Positions 49,801 through 61,800 of a stretch of 64,000 nucleotides of DNA are shown in pieces (position 1 is the first letter of the stretch; every line of letters begins with the position of its first letter). The notes beneath the pieces were generated by a model, which was not told the origin of the DNA, ran no database searches, and was given only the letters and a program-made list of their open reading frames with translations. The position numbers and the translations under genes were made by a program. Source of the stretch: Malacoraja senta (taxonomy: Eukaryota); assembly GCA_038087875.1 (NCBI GenBank), contig CM075988.1:25978001-26042000 (forward strand), in the 5' to 3' direction.

Positions 49801-52800
49801 TCTACTATTTTTGTAAGAATTCGATTATAGACAATAGGTGCGGGAGTAGGCCACTCGGCCCTTCGAGCCAGCACTGCCATTCAATGTGATCATGGCTGAT
49901 CATCCACAATCAATAGATTATTCGGTTATTCTGTCTTTCTCCCCTGCTCCCTCCTGCAATTAATAATTTTCAGTCAGTCTATGCTATATTTAATTGGAAG
50001 AATTAATGCAAGGCCAACATTCTTGAATTACAGGCTTCTCTCATATCACTTATTTATCAGATACATTCAAATTAAAAGTGATTCCACAATTTTGTGATAG
50101 TTGATGAAATATCTCTGAATATCATTGTTCTTCATGGATTACAGAAATAAATAGCATTGATACACGCATAAGACAGTTTACATAAATAATTTTTAGGCTT
50201 GCGTGTTCCCAACAGTCTCCAGCTATCGCTTATGCTAGACGAACTTTGCTCTGAGGAAATCTCTGCAAACATTGATATTCCACAGAAATACTTTGTCTTA
50301 TTTTTTTAACGAACCTAGTAGGCCCCCCTCGGTCATGACTGACCATGGATGATGCATCCTGGTCGGATGCAAGCCTGGGCGATGTCATATGGAGGACAGG
50401 CTGTTGACCATGCAGCACGTCCACCCTCTCCATGTCGCTGATTGATCCAAAGGAACAGCAGGGCCGTTACAATTTGGCACCAGCGCCGTCGCAGGAGCTG
50501 CCAGAGCGAGGTTGTAGACAACGACGAACTGCCTTAGGGGCTCTGACTCCGGATTTTCTTGAGGTTTACTCCTGGAGCCTTTTCCATGACTGGATATGGC
50601 CACAAGGCAGTGGAGGTTTTAAATCAGAGTTTTCCCTCTCCTAGATGGACTGCCTTCCCAGGCTGACGAGCCCCATCTACCCGTGCAGGTCTATAGTCAT
50701 GCAGTTATAAGGAAGCTGAATGTATTAGACATGTGGATAAATTAACATTAGTAGTTTCAATAAACAACAGTTTGCAAGTGAAGAAATGACAGAAAACATA
50801 TAGATGGCAGTGAAAGTTTTTATATTTGGAGCATGTCAAATCTAATGGCTTTTTAAAGCTTTTGAATGCCTTTGTCGGTTTTCAGACCCATATTTGAAAT
50901 TGAAATGGGGACAATTTACTTGCTAAGAATTATGCTGAAAGCGAGGAGGTTTGAAACATTTCTACGCATAAGGAGGAAGATAAATCTGCTAATTATGATT
51001 AATCAAAGTTTTTGAACTTGTTTATATACACAATTTGGAACATACATATACATTTTACCAATTTTGTTATTAACATAAAACATTAAACTACAAAGGAGTG
51101 CATTCACAGTCTTTTTTTCATATTTCAAATATTTAATAAAATAAATATTAATTTTGTTGTCTCCTATCTGAATATCAGAGCACTATTCTGCAGGAAAATC
51201 CCCTACACAAACAGTAATTAACGTAAGAGTTAAAATCAGTACACAATTAAACCCAACTTATGTTTGCTTCTGGAAGTTATTATGAAATGTTACCTCACTC
51301 AAGAAATATTAAGCCTGGATGGTCAAGCAGTATTAATAGTATAACAATGTGAGCTGCCTTCTTCACAATTGAACCAATCACCTTAAACCAGGGATCCCCA
51401 ACCTTTTTCGTCCTGTTTACCCCAGGCAACTTTAATAGCATATAACAATGTTATTTCACTTATTTATGAACAACTAATGATGAAGAGATACTGGTATACC
51501 AGAACCAAGCAGTCAGTCAATGAGAAACACTATGTACAAATCCAAAATCAACAAATTTACCCCCTGGGTAGGCAAAATGTTCCCAGGTAATTTTTATACA
51601 TGGTGAAACCAAAATCTAACAATGTGCACTTTAACCACATGTGATTTTTTTTTCTCTTACAAATCTCAAATTGTGCAGTACAGAGGCAAATAAATAAATG
51701 ATGGGTCTTTGTCCCAAACATTATGGAGGGCACTGTATGTGTGTAACAAACTAATGATTGTACTTTTCCACAGGCATTATCCTAATCTGCTGAGGGTTTT
51801 TTTGCAGCATTGTTTTTGTTCAGTTCTAGTGAATAGGCTATTTGCTTGGTTTATTTATACATAATTGCTTGGCTCAAATTTAAGATATGGGATGATAATT
51901 GAAAGAATAACTTTATAAATGATATATTTTGATTTCCGTTGACCTCTTGTACAGCCTTCCATCTAACTTTACCTGTGTTTGCATCTTACATAGCAAATGG
52001 AACGATTCTTCCCATGGTTTAGTGTGAAGGAGTCCAAGTTCTGGGAGCCCAATAAGGTCACTCCAAAGTGAGTATTATTAGTATTACTGGCCATTGTGTA
52101 AAATAAGGTAGTATGTTTCTTGTTTTAATTTTGATTTGTGACATTAAAGCCTGAAGCTGTGAAATTACCCAATCTCTGAAATGTTGAGCTTTTCATTCTT
52201 CCTGCCGGTGGAGACTGACTACAATGTGCACAAGCAAGGATGCATCAGACATTTACATTATGACCACATTTGAACTTCCAATACCATTCTGTCAACCTTT
52301 ACCCCCCCCCCCCCATCAATTACATATGTTTGAGATTTGCATTCTTATTTGAGATAAGAATGACAATTTGAATGAATTATGGATAAGAACAATCAAAACT
52401 TGATTTGGGGATTTAGAAATGTAAACACGAGCATCTTAATTTAACAGCAATATGGGTCTGAATCAAAAAGATAGAAGTTCAAGATGTGGAGGATGGGATG
52501 GGAAATGACTCGTGGCAACGCAGATTGCTTTCATCGCACCATCTGTTTTTGAGGTGCATTTTTGTAATTAGGGTCTGGGGGTGAGGTGGTTTGAAGATAA
52601 CAACTAGACAGTTTTGGAAGATGTTGGGCGGAAGGGGGAGATTGCCTCTTAGAGAGAAACCATAGCAATCGGGTCAGTGCCACCTCAACAGGCTCAGTTG
52701 TTCAGATTGAAGTGTATGTGAGCGCCAGAGATAGGGGGGGCTCTAGCCAGTGACACAAATAGACTGTCTGGGGCCAGACAAGACTCCAGGATGGAACACG

Positions 52801-55800
52801 CTGCCAGGGAGGTGGTGGAAGTACATATGATAGCAGCATTTAAGAGGCATTTAGACAGATGCATGAACAGACAGGGAATAGAGAGACACAAGCCATGTAC
52901 AGGCTTATGTCGATTAGTGAGGTTGGCATCATGGTCAGCACAGCCATGGTGGGCCAAAGGGTCAGACGCTGTGCAGTTCTATTTTCTATTGGTACCAATT
53001 AGGGACAGGATGGTAGACTTAATAGAAATGGGTCTTTAATCACTGACAGAAATGAAATTGTATTTCTTAACATGGAACAATAATGGAAAGTGGTATCAGA
53101 ATTGAGGACAGGACGGTTGATTTGAATCTTCAGTGAGGTAGAAGGACTGGAATGATAATTGGAATTTTAGCCAGTGAGGAATGCATTTTTATATCCTACA
53201 TTGGCACAGAAATAAAGAATGGCTTTTAGTCAGGCACTGGCAGAATTGTAGATTAAAATGTGGAACTGGGTCAGGAATGCAGATTGAATGTTTCTGGCAT
53301 TGACGGTACAAAACTGATTTCCCAGCATCTTTTTTCCTTGCTTCATTTTAGTGCTTCCTGTTCAGGATTACAAAATGCCTCAAAACAAGTTTAAAAAATA
53401 AATCAATATTGAGAATATGATTGAAAATTGTCAGGTGTATTACAGTCAGTCACAGGATTTAAATCAGTATCAATGTATATTATGTAAAATCCCCACTCTG
53501 TCAACAGAAGTTTGAAAAACAGTTCTGCTTGTCGTGTTTCAGCTTAATATTTCTATTATATGAGATTCTATTGGCTTTCTGCTGACTGGTTAGCACGCAA
53601 CAAAATGCTTTTCACTGTACCAATACACGTGACAATAAACTAAACTAAACTGAACTCTTGACTGGATTTTGGCTAATTGTCAGACAATTTAATAAAACAT
53701 AATTGGCTTAGTAACAGCAGTATGACATTTGACTTTACAGTAGCTGAATACTGAACTACCTCCTTCAAGATAGTGTTAAGACATTTCCATTCCATGTCCT
53801 AAACTGTCTTGGTTACTTGTGTGGTAGTTTCCTTGTTTTTGACCACAGCTAGGAGTGCAAATTACAAGTTTCTGCTCTTGCTGGAAATACATTTGTGCAA
53901 AGGTCTGATAAGCATTGGAGTGAATTTAATGGTAATGTCCAGGCGGCATTTGGCGTCGGTTTTGCTTGTGCCCTAATACTGGCTATTGCAATGGTATATG
54001 AATTTGCATTTAGTGAAAGTATATTGCAGAGATAAGTAACCAACTCATGTGAATTGAAGTGGAGAACATTGGCCAAAAAAGGAGAGTACAGAGATGGGAT
54101 ATGGCCCATTCAATTTGTATTATCATGAACTTAACTTAATTTTTTCCCTGTGACTTTCACGTCTTATCTTTAAAAGGTGGAGATAATTACCTGTATTTGG
54201 TGGTTTGTGGATGGGCCATCAGATCATCCTAACAGACTGCTGTGCACACCATTAAAATACCATAAAATAGATTAAAGTGTTTCTGAGTTCAATAGAGCAA
54301 ATTTTAAAGAGAAGATATTCATTGTTGAATCTAATGTATTTCAGTAGCGGAATGCTTCCCAATGCCGTGTTGCCACCATCATCTGATCACAACTATGCTC
54401 AGTGGCAAGAGAGGGATGACTGCACACGTACTGAACAGCCTGCGCTCACTAAGAAGATTATCCCAGCACCGCAGCCAAAAGGGCCCGGAGATCCAGACTC
54501 GCCAGTTCCTCTCCCTGCGCACCCGCTTGCAATAACAGCAGGTATAACTAAAATCTTAATACCATGCTACATTTTTTCTTTGCATAGGGATATGAAACAG
54601 AGCATGGTGAGTGGAGTTAAGACAGTTCGGGTGCAATTTTACTGGATGAAGAAAATAAAGGGGTTGAATGGGCTATTGTTATTGTTTAAATGAATTCCTG
54701 GCTGCAAAGGAGCTTGGGGCCGGTGATCAGTCTCCTTGGTACTGGAGTTTGAATTACATGGCATTTCTCTTGTCTCCCTCGCTCCAAGATCTGCTTGGTA
54801 TAAAATTAAAATCTGTCCCAGCCACAGCCAATCTGAACCTGAGCCGAACCCAAGGATGTAGCATTGTCTGGATAACTGAGCTAGACTCTGCTCACTACTT
54901 TCTGACGGTTTCAAACAGTCTTCAACAGACTGTTTAGTTGGCCGTTTGGGATGAGCTCGAGGTGTTTGTGGTGTCTCGTAGCTTATTTTGAAAGCATGCA
55001 ATTCTAGTGTTGTAGTATGAGCTGCATGCATATTGTAAATGACACGCTGGAGCATTTACGGTGCACGTTGGTCATCTAGTGGTCTGTAATGGTATTGTAT
55101 TTTCAAAACAAGCTGTGAATGGAGATTTTCAAATTACAGAAAAAGACTTATCTTTCAAATGCAAAATCTAGATTGAATGTCATCCTGCCATCAACGCCGA
55201 GGGTTTTCTGCCTATTTGTTTTTAGTGAGCACAGTATATTAAAATTGTAATTTTCACATACAATCCTAAAACAAGGGTGCATCGAGGGAGAGGCTATTTA
55301 AGAAAATGGAACCTTGTGTCTTCAATGCACCTAACACCAATGTTGAAACCACAGTCAATGTGGTTAGTAAAACCTGATCCCAGTTTGCTCGCCCGTGGCT
55401 GTGACATAATTTACAACGGTGCTGCAGAAATTGATGCTTGCTGAGCCCTGGTTGTGTTCTACTCTTATGTTAGTGTGATCACACTGATAATTGGTCAACA
55501 GATAAGTGAAATTGTAATTGCCCCAATAGAAGACTAGATCATTTCTGAGTAAGGTTGCTGGTTGTCCCCTTTTGTCCTGCAATTTGAAAGACGTTCTTCT
55601 ATTCAACTTTTGGAAGAATCACAGTGTGGTGTAGGCAGGAGCATAGTCGATAAAGATGCTGGAACCCATAATGCTATAATTACAAGCTAGAAAGAATATT
55701 GGAATCAATTGTGCGCAGTGGAATCCACAGATATTAAATAGCAGCCCATTTGTCTTTCTGTGTGTGATATTCGGTTAAAACTGAAAATTACACTTAATTC

Positions 55801-58800
55801 AAAGTCTGGAACTAAATAAAGATCAAATCATAACACAGCTGGTATTTATTTTGTGATTCTTTCATTTTATCTTCTTTCTGCATCCATTGACCCACAAATG
55901 CCCATGAAATCTAAATGCAAAAAAATTGCTTTGCATAAAGAGTGAGTCATTGAATATTTTTCTAAGAATGAGGTGAGTCCTGACCTCACTCCCCAAAGCC
56001 TTTCCACCGTTTACAAGGCTCAAGTCAGGAGCGTGATGGAATACTCTCCACTTGCCTGGATGGATGAAGCTTAAGAAGCTCTACACCATGCAGAATGTAG
56101 CAGCCCTTGCGATTAGCACCCCATTCACTCACTCCATTGCCAATGCACGGTAGCAGCAGTTGTACCATCTACAGAATGCACTACAGCAATTTGCCAAGAC
56201 GCCTTACATGGCACCTTCTAAACCCATCAGGCCTTTACCAGCTAGAATGAAAAGGGCAGCAGAAGCAAGAGAACACCATCACCTGGACGTTGCACTCCAA
56301 GCCACACACAATTCTGGCTTGGAAATATATTGCTGTTCCTTCCCCAGTGCTGGGTCAAAATCTTGGAACACTCCCTAACTAACAGTGTTGCAGGTATACC
56401 ACACCTTGAGGAATGCACTGTTCAAAAAGGCCATTCACTAGCACCCTCTCAAGGACATTAGGGATGGTCAATAAAATGCTGGCTCGGCCTACAAAGCCAA
56501 TAACCCTTTAATGTAAGAAAAACTCCCCTGTGGGCCTGCAGATAGATATTCTTATTTTTGATAAACAAAACATTGTCCTTTTGAAAGTTACTGCAGAATC
56601 AGCTTTCCCTACCGGTCAGCTTGTTCTGATCATCATAAAATTATTATCCTCAGGTTGTTTGTTCATTTGCAAAAAAATATTGATCTTAAATCTATCATCT
56701 GATTACCAGTCCTTTTATTTCAAGATGATGCTGGTGCTTCACTTTCAGCATCTTTGTTAAATGTCCGCCATCTCAGAAGAACAATCAGTGACCTTTAATT
56801 TTCAGTACTATATCAATGGCCACCAAACAAATGAGAAGCAATTGCTGCAATCAGTCCAGATCTGGAAGAAGTGGATGGAATCCATACTTATCTTCCATCC
56901 CAGCATCTTGCCAACAGAATTTATTTGTTCTTGTCATTTAACTGAATTAATGGAAGATCCCTGCAGTGAATTCTGTTAAAACACCAGTTACCTACCTTTC
57001 ACCCTTATGCCCAGTTCCGAGACCACCATGACATTGAGCGCTTCTGTTGCCTGCAGCAGGCATTTTTCTCTGGTAAGGAGTCCTTGCCACCCAGTGATAA
57101 TTCCTTCTTTCATCTTCAACACTGTGCCGCCTGAGTTAGTCCATATTTTGTGTTTTCATTTGTCTCCCGTATTTTGGGTGTTCCCAGGCAAATACCAATT
57201 CTGACCAACAGTTGACAGAATATTTTGGTCAGTTCATTTCAAACTGGGTAGCATCTAGTGGAAGTTTTGGAAGTGTCAAAGAGAGGAACGTTTGCGATTA
57301 ATCATTGGCAATGTTAATTAAGTGAAGTATGAAGAAATAAAATGCTTGTTTTCTTGGTAAGGCTCGGACAGAAGTCGAGAGGAGAGCCCTGATATCGACC
57401 CTCCACCAGATGTCGAAGACAACAGGCAGTGTGTACTTTGCCTGAAGTATGGCGATGACAACAAAAATGTGAGTATCTGCAACCAATTTAAATTTAACAG
57501 GATTTCATATGAGTTATCGCAAAGAATATCTTTAGATTGCACTAACTTACTATTGGGACACAGAGATTCCAGTGGTATTGTAAACCTAGAATTTAAGTAT
57601 TGATATAGCTGAACTTTCCAGGATTCTGGGCGTCTTCTGTACATCGGTCAGAATGAATGGACACACATAAACTGTGCCTTGTGGTCAGCGGAAGTCTTTG
57701 AGGATGATGATGGCTCGTTGAAGAATGTGCACATGGCTGTGATCAGAGGCAAACAACTGGTGAGCTATTATTGGTTTATTGTACAGTGGATAAACTTTGC
57801 TTTGCCTGCTATCCAGCCAAATCTTACCGTATAGGAGTACAATCAACAGGTAGCGCTAAAAGAGAAAGGAACACAAAGGTGCACCTCAGCACCAATCCCC
57901 CCAAAAATACTCCCTGGATTAAATAAAGGGTCAAGGACTTTGATGTTCTCTCATTGATCTGTAAAGAGGACTGCTCAGACAAATAAACAGTACAACTATG
58001 AGAGGATAAAAATAGACACAAAGTGCTGGAGTAACTCAGGTAGCGGGTCAGGTAGCATCACTGGAGAAAATGGATAGGTGACGTTTTGGGTCGGGACCCT
58101 TCTTCAGACTCGGAGAATAAAGTTAATTTGATTGTTGAAGAAATTCTTTATATTTCACTGCATATACTTTATATCCACAAAGGGTGTTTTAAAAACATTT
58201 ACGCTAGTGATTTTCCTTGTCATCCTTTCCAGTCTGTAGGGTGCGATGTAATAGATTAGTTAGTAATTGCATTATAATGATAGAGATAAGAAAATGAACA
58301 GTAAATAACAAAAACATATATTTTTATAAGTCTTGAGCAATGAAGTATAAATCTCCTAAGAAAAGAACAGTTACTATCTGGAATCTTATTAATCTTGATT
58401 ACTAATCATTCTCTACATATGCTGTACAGATAAATCACTCTGGAACAAAAAAAAGTCGGTATTTAGCACAGAGCACTCATGAGGAACAAGTTCAAAGGAG
58501 CAACCTTTGTCTGACGGTGATTTCATACCATTGCCCCAGAGTCAAACTTTAGCAAGCTATTTCATCACAAATGACAGTCCAAAGTTTCCAATTATGCAGC
58601 ATAGATCTGATGTTTAATAGCCAATGTCAATTCATCCTTTTGTTTCAGCGTTGTGAACGTTGTCAGAAATCCGGGGCTACTGTTGGCTGCTGCCTTACAT
58701 CTTGCCAGAGCAACTATCACTTCATGTGTGCTCGAGCAAAGAACTGTGTCTTCCTGGATGACAAGAAAGTATATTGTCAGCGACATAAAGATCTGGTCAA

Positions 58801-61800
58801 GGGAGAGGTAGGTTCAAGGTATATGAGCAATTTACCTCAATAATTCGGTCCATCAATGGAAGCATCTACTGGCAGTGCAAGTCCCAAAGAATAGTATGAT
58901 GGAGTAGGGCTGATAATGAATTGGGGCTGTAGAATAGTGTTTTTCCTCCATTTGTTAAAGGAAAAACCTTCTGAACGATTGAATTTGTTTCAACCAAGAA
59001 ATGAACATAGCATTTAAGACCATTTTGCCATCAAGCTGGTGCTACTGGATCTTTCATGAGAAACACAAATATGTTCTACACCCCCTTATGAGATCATTTG
59101 ATTCTCATAGTGCTCAGAGTATAGGATATTGGAATAGGATGGAGAAGGGCTGTTGATGTTAGACATTCAGCTTTGATCATATTTGATCTTGGGCTGAAGG
59201 GGTGATTATACATTCTCGTATTTCCTTTGTTCTTATGGGCCATCAATATCTTCATCAGACATTGCTCATTGGCCAGCACTCTGGTCTGAGTCATGGTGTT
59301 GGGTTTGTCCCATTCAAACCTAACCATCAAGGTTGGTATTCCAGTACTATATTGAGACCATGCTGCATTGATAGAGTTGTTACCTTTCAGATTAGTTATT
59401 AAATCCTCTCTCTCTGGTAGGCATTCAATTCCCCTTGATCTTTTCTTGCAGAATGGCACTGAAAACAGTTGTGGTCATTATGATAGAGTTGAAAGCTTGC
59501 TGAGAATGCTAACATATGATGAGCGTTTGACGGCATTGGGCCTGTACTTGCTGGAGTTTAGAAGGATGAGGGGAGGCCTCATTGAAACGTACCGAATAGT
59601 GAAAAGCTTGGATAGAGTGGATGTGGAGAGGATGTTTCCACTGGTGGCAGAGACTAGGACTAGAGGTCATAGCCTCAGAATTAAAGGATGTTCCTTTATG
59701 AAGGAGATAAGGAGCAATTTCTTTAGTCAGAGGGTGGTGATTCTGTGGAATTCTTTGCCTGTGGATGCCAAGTCGATGAATATTTTTAAGGTTCTTGATT
59801 AGTAGGGGTGTCGGGGGTTATGGGGAGAAGGCAGGAGAATGGGGTTAGGAGGGGGAGATAGATCAGCCATGATTGAATGGCGGAGTAGACTTGATGGGCT
59901 GAATGGTCTAATTCTGCTCCTATCACATAACCTTATGAGAAGCTACTTTGTGTATAGTACAACAGTGATTATAATCAAAACTACTTGAGCCTGCAACAGT
60001 GTCCTTGTTGAACAAAAATTCTGTGACATCAGTTTTGAAAATTTCCATCTTAATAACTTTTAGGAGGGAATGTTCCAGATTTCCAGTATTCATTAGATGA
60101 AGCACTCATTTCTGAATCGTCCCTGGCCTACCATTTCTGATTTTAAGCATGATTATGGATTATTCTCCCTGTCAACCTCAATCAATTCAAGCATTCATAG
60201 ACTTTACCAACATGCTCAATGTCACTTTAAAAGATTCAGCTAGATTTGTTAGACAGGACTTGCCCATTACAAATGCTTGCCCATTACTTTCTGATCAGCG
60301 GACATTTATCCAAATACTTATCCACCTGTCCCAAATAAGAGTTGGGAAAATAGGGATGTGACTACTTCGGGTCAGGCAGCATATCTGGAGATAACCCGCT
60401 GAGTTACTCCAGCATATAATGTCCATCTTCGGTGTAAACCAGTATCTGCAGTTCCTTCCCACACAGGGATATCATTTATGATATTTACAACTTTCCAATC
60501 TAGGGGATAATTTCTAATCAATATGGATTTTAGGATGGTCATAACTAGCATGTGAACAAATGTCTCAGCTGCTTACAGCACTTTAATATTGAAACTGATG
60601 TTCCATTAATTCCTCCACTTTTGACCTCAATAGTTTCTCTTGGCATTAACGATTTATTTCTAAACGTGCTGAATCTAATTAGATTCTCCCTTAGGTTTAT
60701 TTTTAGTTTCCTTGTATCATGTTTTTTTTTTATACTCATACTCTTAAAGTGAGGATTGCTAGAAATGTAGTTATTTAACAAGCCTACCTACTTTTGAATT
60801 TTAGAATATTTACTCCAAATACCTTTAGGAAATCCACAGAACTTTGTTTTTCTCTTGATATATTTGTAAATTGTTTAGTGGGGGCTTGATATTCAGAGCA
60901 AGATGATTTTGCAGTTCTTATCATCTTGTATACCGTTCGTTATTTATATCTCCCAATTCAATTTCTGCCGCCTTGTTTGAAAGAGCTACTCAATTGGTCT
61001 CACTTCTTTTCCTGTCGTACTCTTAGTTTTCCATTGCTGAAATTGATTGTACCCAATTTGTGACAGTGTGGAGACAAATAAAGTGACACACGTGTACATG
61101 CCAATATCACTCTGAAGCAGCTAGTGCAAGATGTCTGAACTGTTTCTGTGGTTGAAGCTGATTTGTTTTCATTCATATTCTGAGAAAGGTTTTGTCCACT
61201 GATAACAGGGTCATCGTAACTTGTCTTTATTGTGTTGTTTGAGAAATACGCCACAGCTTGCGTGATTTACTTTGTCAGAGAAGTCTGAATAGTAATTTTA
61301 GAGCCTTGAGTGAAACCTTATTATTTGTTTTGCAAGCTGAATGTGGCGTTTAAATCTATTATTTTCTGCGTGGAGTGAAATGCTATGTGATTATATGTTC
61401 CCACTCATTTCTAATGTAACACGCGATCTTTGTTGCAGACTGTCGCTGAGGATGGGTTTGAGGTGTTAAGGAGGATTTTCGTTGACTTTGAAGACATCAC
61501 TCTAAGAAGGAAGTTTCTGACGGGCCTGGAGCCAGAGAGTATTCACATGATGATTGGTTAGTATAATGGCAAAACATTGCATTTAAACAATGACAGTATG
61601 TAAATATTAGGCAGGTGAACAAATGGATGAGAGCACTTGTGTGAGAACATAGAGACGGGGTTAGGCTGGTCATCATTGTGACCACAGCTGATCTCAGATC
61701 TGACTAAAGTATGTACCTTTGTCAAATATCTCTGAAATAGAACTTTGTTAATCAAAGATATTACAGTTCGTTCTGCTGTAACATAACAGTGTGTTGCTAA

